A DNA stretch of 32,000 nucleotides from Candidatus Saccharimonas sp. (GCA_015256915.3 CP076101.2:605740-637739), one strand, 5' to 3'. Shown: positions 18,087 to 27,387, numbered from the stretch's first letter. Notes: generated by a model from the letters alone, not told the origin. Numbers and translations: made by a program.

Positions 18087-19943
18087 TTAATCGTGAAGTT
18101 TTGCTTCCTTAGGCAATTTAGCATTTTTTAAAATTTCAGCAACTTCTTTTTCATCAAGGGTTTCTTTTTCGAGAAGTGCATCTGTTAATTCTTTGAGCGG
18201 TTTTTTATTCGCTTTAAGAATTGTGGCAGCACGCTCAACGGCCTCTTTAATTAATTTAGCAATTTCTGCATCAATTTTTTCAGCGGTTTTTTCAGAATAT
18301 GGTCGCTCGCGAGTCATTTTGTCAAAGAACATTCCAGAATTTTCTTCATGAAAAACTTGATCAAGTAAATCTTCACCCATACCAAATTCAATTACCATAT
18401 TTCGAGCAATATCAGTTGCATTTCGAAGGTCGCTTGATGCTCCGGTTGAAATTCCAGCCTCGCCATAAATCAACATTTCAGCCTGACGTCCACCCATTGC
18501 GCGCGCCAAGATATCTTTATATTCGAAAATATTTGTATAGCTTCGATCTTCTGGCGGTAAAAACCATGTTACACCACCAGTTCCACCACGCGGAATAATT
18601 GTAACCTTATGAACTGGGTCTGAATCTGGTAAAACATGGCCAACAACAGCATGGCCAGCTTCATGCCAAGCGGTAGTTTCACGTTCTAAATCACTCATAA
18701 CTTTTGATTTTCGTTCTGGGCCAATCGCCACTTTTTCGAAAGCTTCAGTTAGATCTTCATTAGTAATTACTTCACGGTTATTTCGTGCTGCTAAAATAGC
18801 TGCTTCATTTGCAATGTTTGCAAGGTCAGCACCTGCAGAACCAGCAGTTTTCTTTGCTAATGCGTTCAAATCAACAGATTCATCAACTTTTTTATTCTTG
18901 AAATGAACCTCTAAAATTGCTAAACGATCTTTTCTTTCAGGAAGAGAAATTTCTACACGGCGGTCAAATCGGCCAGGTCGAAGAAGGGCTGGGTCGAGTA
19001 CATCAGCACGGTTAGTTGCAGCCAAAACAATAACACCAGTATCCTTTTCGAAACCATCCATTTCAACCAAAATTTGGTTCAAGGTTTGTTCACGTTCATC
19101 ATGGCCTCCACCCATTCCAGAGCCACGTTTTCTGCCGACCGCATCAATTTCATCAATAAAGATGATCGCTGGAGCATTCTTTTTTGCTTTCGAAAACAAA
19201 TCTCGAACACGTGAAGCACCAACGCCAACAAACATTTCCATAAATTCTGAACCTGAAATCGAGAAAAATGGAACTTTCGCCTCACCCGCAACAGCACGAG
19301 CTAACATTGTTTTACCAGTTCCTGGGTTTCCAACCATCAAAATACCACTTGGGATTTTTGCACCCATTTTTTGGTATTTTTTAGGATCTTTCAAAAAATC
19401 AACAACTTCATATAAATCTTGTTTAGCGTTTTCATTTCCAGCAATATCTTCAAATTTAATCTTCTTTTTATCTTCACCGTAAAGTTTTGCTCGAGATTTG
19501 CCGAAATTCATTGCTTGCGAATTTTGACCAGTTGCCGAACGCATAATTAGCATAAAGAAAGCTACAATCGCAATAACTGGCACAATCATAACTGTTAAAT
19601 TCCAAATTATTTCCGAAGAGTTATCAACTGGCATTACATCAACAGTAGTCTTTCCTTTTTCAAGCCCTTGTTCATAAATTGTTCCACTTTCTTTAACTGA
19701 TTTTTCGCTAGCTCTCTTCTCGCCTTTTCTAGTAATCCTTACATCATTTCCCTGAATTTCTAGTTTCGAAATCTCACCTTTATTAGCGCGCAAGATCACA
19801 TCCGAAATAGCAACTTCTTTTAATTTATTTGAAAAAATATTTTGGCTCACCCAAATTCCACTAAAAATAGCTATAATCACCACCCAAAAAATAACATTCA
19901 GAGATAGCTTCTTAAAATTATTGTTTTTCTTATCTTTCATCAT
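18087..19943 (-). CDS. ftsH: ATP-dependent zinc metalloprotease FtsH
   Basis: Walker A is GNPGTGKT, Walker B is IIFIDEID, the SRH is [19 protein letters not shown] and the zinc site is HEAGHAV. Two N-terminal TM segments are present. Confidence 0.95.
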   Translation of the reverse strand: MMKDKKNNNFKKLSLNVIFWVVIIAIFSGIWVSQNIFSNKLKEVAISDVILRANKGEISKLEIQGNDVRITRKGEKRASEKSVKESGTIYEQGLEKGKTTVDVMPVDNSSEIIWNLTVMIVPVIAIVAFFMLIMRSATGQNSQAMNFGKSRAKLYGEDKKKIKFEDIAGNENAKQDLYEVVDFLKDPKKYQKMGAKIPSGILMVGNPGTGKTMLARAVAGEAKVPFFSISGSEFMEMFVGVGASRVRDLFSKAKKNAPAIIFIDEIDAVGRKRGSGMGGGHDEREQTLNQILVEMDGFEKDTGVIVLAATNRADVLDPALLRPGRFDRRVEISLPERKDRLAILEVHFKNKKVDESVDLNALAKKTAGSAGADLANIANEAAILAARNNREVITNEDLTEAFEKVAIGPERKSKVMSDLERETTAWHEAGHAVVGHVLPDSDPVHKVTIIPRGGTGGVTWFLPPEDRSYTNIFEYKDILARAMGGRQAEMLIYGEAGISTGASSDLRNATDIARNMVIEFGMGEDLLDQVFHEENSGMFFDKMTRERPYSEKTAEKIDAEIAKLIKEAVERAATILKANKKPLKELTDALLEKETLDEKEVAEILKNAKLPKEAKLHD

Positions 19944-19971
19944 CTTCCTTTCCGGTCATTCAACTCTTACC

Positions 19972-20000
19972 ATTTTAACAAATTTTTAAAGCGTTTTCAA
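19972..20000 (-). promoter_or_regulatory. sigma70-type promoter for ftsH-murJ
   Basis: Minus strand reads TTGAAA-17 nt-TAAAAT (preceded by TGT). The leader carries a GGAAAGGAAG SD before the ATG at 19943. Confidence 0.55.
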
Positions 20001-20113
20001 CCAAAAAAAGAAAAACAAATTCTAATGAATCCCTATAAATCACTAACATCTCATTTTAGTTAGATTTTCATCAATATAAAAATTTTAACTCACTTTTAAA
20101 CTAGATAAACTAT

Positions 20114-21007
20114 TCATTCACTAACTGTAGTAAGTGTAAAACTCCAGTAATTTCTAGAAAATACAACTTCTTGCCCCTCTAAAATTTGTGTTTTTGATCC
20201 ATTTTTAAAAGTTCGAATCACATGCAAAAAATCCCAAACTTGTTTTGAAAGCGGAATCCTGCCAGATTGACGAATCATAATCTCACGCAAAACCTCATAA
20301 CAAACTTCATCTGAATTCTTACGAAAAAACTCTCGTTCAAATTTTTGCCCATCGCCAATTTCAAACAAAATCTCTTGAGTTATTTTTTCAATTTCACGGC
20401 GAAGTTCAATTTGCCTTTGCCAAATTTTAAAAATCGATTCCAGATCTTTTTCGCTAAAATTCAAAGTTTTTCGAATTCGATTGCGTGTATATTTTTGACT
20501 AAAATTAGTTGAATCCTCTCGCCAAATTAAACCTTGTTGCTTTGCCATTTTTAGAATTTCTAATTTCGAAAATCGCAAAAAAGGACGTTCAATATCTGGA
20601 GAATCAAAACATGCCACCGCCCGCCAACCGCCACCACGCACCAAATTTAGCGCAAAAGTCTCCGCCAAATCATTCTTATGATGCGCCGTAAAAATTATAG
20701 CATTTTCACGTTTAGCAATTTTTCGCAAAAAAATATATCGAGCATTTCGAGCTTTTTCTTCACTTGAATTTTCTCCTAAATTACCATGCTCAAATTCAAA
20801 TTTCAATCTATCTTTTTCTGCTAATCTTCGAACAAATTCACAGTCTTCTTGACTTTCTTTTCCGCGAATCCCATGCTCAAAATGCGCAACAATCAAGTTT
20901 TCTTCAAGCCATTTTTGCCCATTTTTATTTCGAAAAAATCGCACTAAAAAATCTAGCAAAACAACTGAATCCACGCCACCAGAAACTGCCACGACTATCT
21001 TCTTCAT
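20114..21007 (-). CDS. tilS: tRNA(Ile)-lysidine synthetase (short form)
   Basis: It has the PP-loop VAVSGGVDSVVLLD and the HHKNDLAETFALNLVRG block. It sits in the conserved position upstream of ftsH. Confidence 0.85.
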   Translation of the reverse strand: MKKIVVAVSGGVDSVVLLDFLVRFFRNKNGQKWLEENLIVAHFEHGIRGKESQEDCEFVRRLAEKDRLKFEFEHGNLGENSSEEKARNARYIFLRKIAKRENAIIFTAHHKNDLAETFALNLVRGGGWRAVACFDSPDIERPFLRFSKLEILKMAKQQGLIWREDSTNFSQKYTRNRIRKTLNFSEKDLESIFKIWQRQIELRREIEKITQEILFEIGDGQKFEREFFRKNSDEVCYEVLREIMIRQSGRIPLSKQVWDFLHVIRTFKNGSKTQILEGQEVVFSRNYWSFTLTTVSE

Positions 21008-21015
21008 ATAAATTC

Positions 21016-21024
21016 ATTTTACCA
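21016..21024 (-). promoter_or_regulatory. extended -10 promoter (TGGTAAAAT), near-leaderless, for tilS
   Basis: Minus strand reads TGGTAAAAT, then 8 nt, then the ATG at 21007. Confidence 0.45.
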
Positions 21025-21027
21025 CAC

Positions 21028-21056
21028 TTGCGTTTTTAAATCGATTATGTTAAAAT
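21028..21056 (+). promoter_or_regulatory. sigma70-type promoter, leaderless, for the PilB-like gene
   Basis: TTGCGT-17 nt-TAAAAT (preceded by TGT). The ATG at 21064 is 7 nt downstream. Confidence 0.5.
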
Positions 21057-21063
21057 TTAAACA

Positions 21064-22338
21064 ATGAAAGAAGGTGGGAAAATTTCGAAAATTAAAGAGA
21101 TAAAGTTCGAAAATTCAGTTAAATTTGCAGCCGAAAGTATTATTGAAAATGCCCTAAATCTGCACGCGACTGATGTTCATATTGAACCAAGAGAAGAATC
21201 AACTTTGGTCCGTTTTCGAATTAACGGCGTTTTAAAAACCGTTAATGAATTTTCGAAAGATTTTTTACCAAAATTAGCTAAATATTTTAAGCATCTTGGC
21301 GGTTTAAATTTTAGTGAAAAAACTTTTCCACAATCCGCTACAATTCGACATGGAGAAGCTCGGATTCGAATTTCTACAACTCCAGTTTTTTTGGGTGAGA
21401 AAGTTACTTTAAGGTTAATTCGAGCCCGAAAAAGTGTTAGAAAACTTAATGAAGTTGGGCTTTGGGGCGAAAACTTACAGCAAATTCAACAAATTTTACG
21501 CCAACCGCGTGGAATTGTTTTTACAATTGGTGAAGGAAATAACACAACTAATTTCTCAATTTTAAATGAGTTAAATTCGAGCGAAAAAAATATTGTTACA
21601 ATTGAAAAAAATATTGAAAAAACTATTTCAGGAATTAACCAGACTGAAATCAATCCAAGAATTGGTTTAGATTATTTTGAAATGACTAAATCAGCTTTGA
21701 GTCAAAATCCTGATATTTTATACATTGATAACCTAAAAGATTCGAAAACTGCCGAGCTTATTTTTGACGCTTCAATGCGAGGGAAATTCATCATCGCAAG
21801 CCTTTCAGTTCAAAAAATAAGTGAAATTATCCCATTTTTAAATTATCTTGGAATTGAACCGTTCTTAATTAGTGCAAATGTTCTAGGAATGATATCGCAA
21901 ACCTTAATTCGTACCGTTTCGAAAAAGGCAATTTCAAAAACCAAAATCTCAAAAGAAGAATCTTCGCTGATTTTACAGGAATTTAAAACTACGGGAGCAA
22001 AAATCCATCAATTAGAAAAAGATTTTCGCGATAAAGTTCACCCAAAAAATAAACTTTCAACTTCTTCAAATGCTATTTTAGAATTACCAATTGTTCGAAA
22101 AAAAGAAAATTACGAATTAGCTTTCTCTGGAAATACTGCAATTTTTGAAGTTTTAAGTTTAATTAACGGCGATATTTCAAAAGAAATTAAAAATTTAATT
22201 CAAATTAAGCCAACTTCAGTTGAAATTGAAGAAATTCTTTCAACAAATAATTTTAGAAATATGAAATTAGATGGTTTAGCGAAGGTTCTACAAAACGAAA
22301 CAATTCTACCAGAATTAATGCGGAAAACTGGATTTTAA
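21064..22338 (+). CDS. PilB/GspE-family (T2SS/T4P assembly ATPase) homolog with degenerate catalytic motifs, a probable pseudo-ATPase
   Basis: Family blocks are retained: ATDVHIEPREESTLVRFRINGVL, IRISTTPVFLGEKVTLRLI, GIEPFLISANVLGMISQTLIR. Walker A is GEGNNTTN instead of GPTGSGKT. The Asp box is TIEKNIE (vs TIEDPVE). Walker B is PDILYIDNLKD (vs PDIIMVGEIRD). The His box is RGKFIIASLSVQ (vs TGHLVLSTLHTN). Confidence 0.75.
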   Translation: MKEGGKISKIKEIKFENSVKFAAESIIENALNLHATDVHIEPREESTLVRFRINGVLKTVNEFSKDFLPKLAKYFKHLGGLNFSEKTFPQSATIRHGEARIRISTTPVFLGEKVTLRLIRARKSVRKLNEVGLWGENLQQIQQILRQPRGIVFTIGEGNNTTNFSILNELNSSEKNIVTIEKNIEKTISGINQTEINPRIGLDYFEMTKSALSQNPDILYIDNLKDSKTAELIFDASMRGKFIIASLSVQKISEIIPFLNYLGIEPFLISANVLGMISQTLIRTVSKKAISKTKISKEESSLILQEFKTTGAKIHQLEKDFRDKVHPKNKLSTSSNAILELPIVRKKENYELAFSGNTAIFEVLSLINGDISKEIKNLIQIKPTSVEIEEILSTNNFRNMKLDGLAKVLQNETILPELMRKTGF

Positions 22339-22348
22339 AACAATAATT

Positions 22349-22357
22349 TGTTAAAAT
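22349..22357 (+). promoter_or_regulatory. extended -10 promoter (TGTTAAAAT), near-leaderless, for the 22369 gene
   Basis: TGTTAAAAT ends 11 nt before the ATG at 22369. Confidence 0.4.
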
Positions 22358-22368
22358 TATAAATAATT

Positions 22369-22926
22369 ATGTTAATTTTAGCTTCAAAATTACTAAACAC
22401 ACCAATTATGGGGCTACAAACTGGCTCTCAACTTGCCCTAACCGGCAATGCAATTATTAATCCTGAAAATTTACAAATTTTAGCTTACCAATTAAAAGCT
22501 AATTCTTTTTCGAACGAAGAAATGTTAATACGAATCGCTGATATTCGTGAACTTTCAAGAATTGGATTTATTATCGACTCTGGTGAAGATTTTATTCTCC
22601 CAACAGATGTGATTAAAATTAAAGAAATAATTGACCTTGATTTTGACATCTTAAATCTTAAAGTTGAAGATGAAAAAGGTTCAAAAATTGGTAAAATAAT
22701 TGACTACACTTTAAGTTTAGCTGATTTTTCAGTTCAACAATTAATCGTAAAACGGCCATTTTTAAAATCATTAAACGACCCAGCTTTAACAATTCACCGA
22801 TCTCAAATTGTTGCGATAAGTGACGATACTATCACAATTCGCTGCGAAAAAGAAGAAGCCCCACAAAAACGAGCAGAAAGAACTGAGAATTTTGTGCCAA
22901 ATTATATAAATCCCTTTCGAGATTAA
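22369..22926 (+). CDS. hypothetical protein, possibly tandem PRC-barrel-like
   Basis: 185-aa ORF. Two segments (ASKLLNTPIMGLQTGSQLA...LQILAYQL and LNLKVEDEKGSKIGKIIDYTLSLADFSVQQLIVKR) resemble the PRC-barrel pattern. The assignment is weak. Confidence 0.4.
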   Translation: MLILASKLLNTPIMGLQTGSQLALTGNAIINPENLQILAYQLKANSFSNEEMLIRIADIRELSRIGFIIDSGEDFILPTDVIKIKEIIDLDFDILNLKVEDEKGSKIGKIIDYTLSLADFSVQQLIVKRPFLKSLNDPALTIHRSQIVAISDDTITIRCEKEEAPQKRAERTENFVPNYINPFRD

Positions 22927-22928
22927 AA

Positions 22929-23678
22929 TTATTCTTTCGAAAGCGCCTTTTTAATTTCATCAAAAGAAAAACCCTGTCGAGCCAAATAAGCAATTAACTT
23001 TTGTTCATCTGTATATTTTTTAGCTTTTTTAGCGATTATTTTTTGAATCTCATCCTCATCATTTCGATTTGATTCACTTAAAACCTGTTCAATAATATCT
23101 GAAGAGACACCTTTTGAGAATAATTCAGATTTTAGTTTTTTAATTGAGCTACCTTTTCTCTGATTACGATTTTCAACCCAGAATTTAGCAAACTTTTCAT
23201 CATCAATATATTTTTTTTCAATCAATCGGTTCAAAACCTGTTCAACTGAAATTTTCGAAACTCCTTTTTTTTCATAGAATTCACCTGTTTTACGATTTTT
23301 AAGCTTACGATTCAAAGTTTTTTTCCATAAATAATCACTAATTTCCTTTTTAGAATGTGGCCTCATTAAGCAATAATTTAAAGCTAAAGCATAAAGTTTA
23401 CCAAATTCACTCTGCTGTTCAAGATTTTCGATTTCAGTTTTTGTAAATTTAGATCCAATTTTAATATTTAATTGAGTTAATTGAAAAATATCTAGCGAAA
23501 AACGATATTTTCCATTCACAAAAATATTTACCCGATTTTGATTTTTAACTGCTTGTTTTATATCTGTGATTATAAAAAAACCATCCTTAAAAGTAGCTTC
23601 TTTAGAGCTATTTTTTATCTTTTTATTTTCAAAATCACTATGATCAAAAATCTCTAATGCCATAAAAATTAAAATCAA
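22929..23678 (-). CDS. recX: recombination regulator RecX
   Basis: It lies immediately downstream of recA. The blocks are NRVNIFVNGKYRFSLDIFQL...ALNYCLMRPHSKKEISDYL...LIAYLARQGFSFDEIKKAL. The start may instead be ATG 23663. Confidence 0.8.
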   Translation of the reverse strand: MILIFMALEIFDHSDFENKKIKNSSKEATFKDGFFIITDIKQAVKNQNRVNIFVNGKYRFSLDIFQLTQLNIKIGSKFTKTEIENLEQQSEFGKLYALALNYCLMRPHSKKEISDYLWKKTLNRKLKNRKTGEFYEKKGVSKISVEQVLNRLIEKKYIDDEKFAKFWVENRNQRKGSSIKKLKSELFSKGVSSDIIEQVLSESNRNDEDEIQKIIAKKAKKYTDEQKLIAYLARQGFSFDEIKKALSKE

Positions 23679-23679
23679 A

Positions 23680-23702
23680 TTAGCCCAAATTTATCGGGCT
23701 AA
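23680..23702 (-). terminator. hairpin (terminator or attenuator) between recA and recX
   Basis: TTAGCCC-9 nt-GGGCTAA, followed on the minus strand by a T-rich stretch. It sits between the recA stop (23708) and the recX start. Confidence 0.5.
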
Positions 23703-23707
23703 TTATT

Positions 23708-24769
23708 TTATTCTTCAGTTTTTTCTTCGTTTGGAGTTTCTTCAATAAATTCTTCACCACGAATTTTTGCTCGAACCTTAGCATCAATTTCTGTCATTAC
23801 ATCTGGATTTTCAAGCAAATATCGTTTAGCGTTTTCACGACCTTGACCAATATTCTGATCATTATATTTATAGAATGCGCCAGATTTTCCTAAAATTTCA
23901 TGTTCAACCGCTAAATCTATAATATCTCCAGTTTTCGAAATTCCCTCGTTATACATAATGTCGAATTCGGCAACTCGGAACGGTGCTGCAATCTTGTTTT
24001 TCACAATTTTAACCTTTGTACGGTTTCCAATTACATCATCACCACTTTTAATTTGAGCTGTTCGGCGAATATCAGCACGAACTGAAGCATAGAATTTAAG
24101 CGCGTTACCACCAGTTGTGGTTTCAGGATTTCCAAACATCACACCAATTTTCATTCGAATTTGGTTGATGAAAATTACCGTAGCTTTTGATTTATTGATA
24201 ATTCCAGTAAGTTTTCGAAGCGCTTGCGACATTAAACGAGCTTGAAGTCCCATGTGAGCGTCACCCATATCTCCATCAATTTCAGCCTGCGGAACAAGAG
24301 CTGCAACTGAGTCGACTACAATTAAATCAACTGCGTTCGAACGCACCAAAGTTTCAGTAATTTCAAGCGCTTGCTCACCATTATCAGGCTGTGCAACAAG
24401 CAAGTTTTCAGTATCAACACCAAGTTTGCGTGCATAAGCTGGATCAAGTGCATGCTCAGCATCAATAAACGCCGCTGTTCCACCTTGTTTTTGAATTTCA
24501 GCAATTGCATGAAGTGTTAAAGTAGTTTTTCCTGAACTTTCTGGTCCATAAATTTCAATAATTCGCCCCTTAGGGTATCCACCGCCAAGCGCAATATCTA
24601 GACTTAAACATCCTGAAGGTAGAAGCTCAACATCAACTTTATGGTTTTCACCAAGCTTCATAATTGAACCATCACCAAATTGTTTCGAAATTTGTGCAAT
24701 CGCTAAATCTAGCGCTTGTTTTTTGCCATCTTCAGCCATTCCTACATCTGTTTTTTTTGCTTTAGCCAT
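23708..24769 (-). CDS. recA: recombinase RecA
   Basis: [20 protein letters not shown] (Walker A), [21 protein letters not shown] and the [10 protein letters not shown] loop are present. Confidence 0.97.
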   Translation of the reverse strand: MAKAKKTDVGMAEDGKKQALDLAIAQISKQFGDGSIMKLGENHKVDVELLPSGCLSLDIALGGGYPKGRIIEIYGPESSGKTTLTLHAIAEIQKQGGTAAFIDAEHALDPAYARKLGVDTENLLVAQPDNGEQALEITETLVRSNAVDLIVVDSVAALVPQAEIDGDMGDAHMGLQARLMSQALRKLTGIINKSKATVIFINQIRMKIGVMFGNPETTTGGNALKFYASVRADIRRTAQIKSGDDVIGNRTKVKIVKNKIAAPFRVAEFDIMYNEGISKTGDIIDLAVEHEILGKSGAFYKYNDQNIGQGRENAKRYLLENPDVMTEIDAKVRAKIRGEEFIEETPNEEKTEE

Positions 24770-24797
24770 AAAATTTTCTCCTTAAAATAATATCTTT

Positions 24798-24826
24798 ATT
24801 TTAACATTTTTTAGCAAAATGTTCAA
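24798..24826 (-). promoter_or_regulatory. sigma70-type promoter for recA with a palindrome in the spacer
   Basis: Minus strand reads TTGAAC-17 nt-TAAAAT (preceded by TGT). An AAGGAG SD lies 9 nt before the ATG. The spacer holds the inverted repeat AACATTTT-N5-AAAATGTT (24803-24823). Confidence 0.55.
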
Positions 24827-24836
24827 GGTTATTTTT

Positions 24837-24866
24837 AAAAAAAGAAAAAGGCTCAAAATGAACCTT
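24837..24866 (-). terminator. hairpin + T-run after the 63-aa ORF
   Basis: Minus strand reads AAGGTTCA-ttt-TGAGCCTT (one mismatch) followed by TTTCTTTTTTT. Confidence 0.45.
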
Positions 24867-24875
24867 AAAAAATAA

Positions 24876-25067
24876 TTAGAAAACTGTTGCATCCTTTTGT
24901 TTCGCCAACTTCATGCGATCCTCTTTTATAATTTCAGTTTGAATTACAGCTAATTTTTTATTATTAATAGGACTAAATATTTGGTCTAATTCTATAATAT
25001 TAGAATAAACCTTATTGCTATCAGCATCTACAGCAATTGGAACTTCAATCATTTTCTTCACCCCCAT
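24876..25067 (-). CDS. small hypothetical protein (58-63 aa)
   Basis: The ORF has its own promoter (25107-25135) and terminator. An alternative ATG at codon 6 is preceded by GGGGGTGA. No family recognised. Confidence 0.4.
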   Translation of the reverse strand: MGVKKMIEVPIAVDADSNKVYSNIIELDQIFSPINNKKLAVIQTEIIKEDRMKLAKQKDATVF

Positions 25068-25106
25068 AATTTTACTTTACTAATTTTATAAACCAGCAAT
25101 GGACAA

Positions 25107-25135
25107 ATTCTATCATGATTTTTTAGCAAATTCAA
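25107..25135 (-). promoter_or_regulatory. sigma70-type promoter for the 63-aa ORF
   Basis: Minus strand reads TTGAAT-17 nt-TAGAAT (preceded by TGA). Confidence 0.45.
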
Positions 25136-25161
25136 ACTGATTAGATTAAAAAAATAAATTG

Positions 25162-25170
25162 TGATATAAT
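25162..25170 (+). promoter_or_regulatory. extended -10 promoter (TGATATAAT), leaderless, for the pilin gene
   Basis: TGATATAAT ends 8 nt before the ATG at 25179. Confidence 0.5.
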
Positions 25171-25178
25171 AAAAATAT

Positions 25179-25568
25179 ATGAAGAAAAAATCTGGTTTTA
25201 CAGTTATTGAAATTTGTGTTGTAATTATATTTTTAATCGTCGTTGGCGTAATTTTTACAATACAAAGATTTGAACTTCTCGCAGTTCAACGCGATCAAAT
25301 TCGAAAACTTTCGATTAATGAAATTTATTATAATTTGGAAGAAGTTTATTACAAGAAAAACGGCTATTACCCTGAAAAAATCAACGAAGATGTTGTTAAA
25401 GGCATTGAACCAAATCTCCTAACCGACCCTTCTGGAATTATAATTAATGAAGAAAAAAGTGAATATCACTACGAACCAACCAACTGTGAAAACGGTAAAT
25501 GTAAAAAATTCACACTTCGAGCAAAATTAGAAAAAGAAGGTGATTTTATTAAAAAATCTCGAAATTAA
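25179..25568 (+). CDS. type IV pilin / pseudopilin (prepilin-type N-terminal cleavage/methylation signal)
   Basis: MKKKSG|FTVIEICVVIIFLIVVGV is a class III signal: G at -1, F at +1, E at +5, then a hydrophobic helix. The C-terminal CENGKC forms a Cys pair. Confidence 0.75.
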   Translation: MKKKSGFTVIEICVVIIFLIVVGVIFTIQRFELLAVQRDQIRKLSINEIYYNLEEVYYKKNGYYPEKINEDVVKGIEPNLLTDPSGIIINEEKSEYHYEPTNCENGKCKKFTLRAKLEKEGDFIKKSRN

Positions 25569-25574
25569 ATATTA

Positions 25575-25609
25575 AAAAACGGCTTAAAAGTTTTGAAAGC
25601 CGTTTTTTT
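25575..25609. terminator. bidirectional rho-independent terminator
   Basis: AAAAACGGCTT pairs with AAGCCGTTTTT (11-bp stem). An A-run lies on one side and a T-run on the other, between convergent genes. Confidence 0.6.
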
Positions 25610-25611
25610 CA

Positions 25612-26361
25612 TTATTTTACACTCATTTTTACACCTTCTTCAAAAAGTTTATCAGAGAGCATTTGATTTTCACGAGCAGCTTCAACAATGTCGCTTAAAA
25701 ATTCTGCTTTTTTGTCTGGATTTGGTGAAAATGGAAAAGTATAAGTTGATTCATCGCCAACAGTGCTCAATTTAACAGTTCCATAATCAAACAAATGCTG
25801 CAAAATCCCCTCTCGAGAATAAGAAATATCTTCGATCGATTCAAGGTTAATTACCTGCTTTTTTTGGCTCATAATCGTATTCGAAATCCATTGAATTGCG
25901 CGTTCGTTCGTAATCACGAATCGATTTGCTCGATATACAACATAATTAACATAAGTTAATATAATTAAAAGTAGCGTAATTGAGCCAAAAATCAAAGAAA
26001 TTTGTGGCTTAAAGTTTGCAGGAATTGGCAGCGGATTAGGCATAAAACAAATAATAATCCACGCGCTTATTAGCAAAACACCAATAAATGCGCTAAAAAT
26101 AATATTTAAAAGATAGCCGAGTGAGTGACGGCGCATCGAAAGAACCACATATTCATCTTCATCAACCGTGATATCAGGATAAGTTTTCACGGATTGTTCG
26201 TGTCTTGCTTTAATTACGCGCGGATCTCCAGCAGGAACTTCTACTTGCATAACTGGCTGAACTTGAATTGGAGCCCCAAAGTTGTTTTCGAAAGTTAAAT
26301 TCTGCCCATTTTGTGTGATTTTTTCTTCAAATTTTTGTGCCAAGCTTCGCTTATCATTCAT
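25612..26361 (-). CDS. membrane protein with bacterial PH (bPH_2 / YdbS-YdbT-like) domain
   Basis: Two TM helices are followed by [53 protein letters not shown], the bPH_2 pattern. It overlaps ruvB by 8 nt. Confidence 0.6.
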   Translation of the reverse strand: MNDKRSLAQKFEEKITQNGQNLTFENNFGAPIQVQPVMQVEVPAGDPRVIKARHEQSVKTYPDITVDEDEYVVLSMRRHSLGYLLNIIFSAFIGVLLISAWIIICFMPNPLPIPANFKPQISLIFGSITLLLIILTYVNYVVYRANRFVITNERAIQWISNTIMSQKKQVINLESIEDISYSREGILQHLFDYGTVKLSTVGDESTYTFPFSPNPDKKAEFLSDIVEAARENQMLSDKLFEEGVKMSVK

Positions 26362-27367
26362 CTTTAAATTCCTTTCCTAAATGTTCAAATGCTTTTTGGG
26401 TGATAATTCTTCCACGAGGAGTTCGTTGCAAAAAACCAATCTGCATCAGATATGGTTCATAAAAATCTTCAATTGTTGCAGTTTCATCGCCAGTTAATGC
26501 TGCCATTGTATTTAAGCCAACTGGCCGCGTGCCATAATTTTCAATTACTGAATTTAATAGATTTCTATCTGCTGCGTCGAGCCCCAGTTCATCAATCTCA
26601 AGCATTTTTAAAGCATTTTGGGCAGTTTTCGAATCAATAATTCCATCGCCATTAACATCAGCATAATCACGAACCCGCTTTAAAATTCGGTTTGCAATTC
26701 GTGGAGTTAACCTTGCTCTCGTTGATAGAATTTTTGAAGCTTCATCTTGAATTTTACTCCCCAAAATTTTACTTGAACGTAAAATAATTTTCGAAATCTC
26801 TTCCGGTGTGTAAAATTCCAATCTATAAATATGGCCAAAACGGTCACGGAGCGGAGCCGCTAGGCTTCCAGTTCGAGTTGTGGCACCAATAACCGTAAAA
26901 TGTGGCAAATCTAACCGAACCGAGCGTGCAGCTGGACCTTTACCAATTACAATATCAAGTTTAAAATCTTCCATTGCGGAATAGAGAATTTCTTCAACAG
27001 CGCGTGGCATTCGGTGAATCTCATCAATAAAAAGAATATCACCATCTTGTAAATTTGTTACAATCGAAGCTAAATCGCCAGCTTTTTCAATTGCTGGGCC
27101 AGACGTAATTCGAATATTCGCACCCATTTCACGCGCAATCACATTTGCCATTGTAGTTTTTCCCAACCCCGGTGGACCATAAAGAAGCACATGATCAATA
27201 TTTTCACCACGCTTTTTTGAAGCTTCAATTGCAAGTTTTAAGTTTTTCTTCAATCGCTCTTGGCCAACATATTCATCAAAATTTGTTGGGCGTAAAGAAA
27301 TTTCCACCTGCTGCTCTTGTGGTTCGTCATCATGTAAGTTTGCATCAATAATTCTTTCAATAGCCAT
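26354..27367 (-). CDS. ruvB: Holliday junction branch migration ATPase RuvB
   Basis: [42 protein letters not shown] and [17 protein letters not shown] are present. Confidence 0.95.
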   Translation of the reverse strand: MAIERIIDANLHDDEPQEQQVEISLRPTNFDEYVGQERLKKNLKLAIEASKKRGENIDHVLLYGPPGLGKTTMANVIAREMGANIRITSGPAIEKAGDLASIVTNLQDGDILFIDEIHRMPRAVEEILYSAMEDFKLDIVIGKGPAARSVRLDLPHFTVIGATTRTGSLAAPLRDRFGHIYRLEFYTPEEISKIILRSSKILGSKIQDEASKILSTRARLTPRIANRILKRVRDYADVNGDGIIDSKTAQNALKMLEIDELGLDAADRNLLNSVIENYGTRPVGLNTMAALTGDETATIEDFYEPYLMQIGFLQRTPRGRIITQKAFEHLGKEFKDE

Positions 27368-27374
27368 TAACTAT

Positions 27375-27383
27375 ATTATACCA
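27375..27383 (-). promoter_or_regulatory. extended -10 promoter (TGGTATAAT), leaderless, for ruvB
   Basis: Minus strand reads TGGTATAAT, then 7 nt, then the ATG at 27367. Confidence 0.5.
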
Positions 27384-27387
27384 CGAC

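Noticed and set aside
19079-19482. Two track ORFs (72 aa minus, 106 aa plus) inside ftsH
   Set aside because: They are embedded in the AAA+ core of ftsH, which is unambiguous. They are alternative-frame or antisense artefacts. The same reasoning applies to track ORFs 1453..1677, 6475..6681, 7611..7862, 8857..9048, 9479..9757, 11483..11725, 14059..14283, 14718..15023, 18299..18598, 20509..20691, 20764..21039, 24322..24510, 25593..25775, 26452..26640, 27988..28305, 29151..29339, 31250..31477 and 31281..31484.
24803-24823. A canonical SOS (LexA) box at recA
   Set aside because: The palindrome does not fit CTGT-N8-ACAG or the Gram-positive GAAC-N4-GTTC spacing. It is kept only as an unassigned operator candidate.
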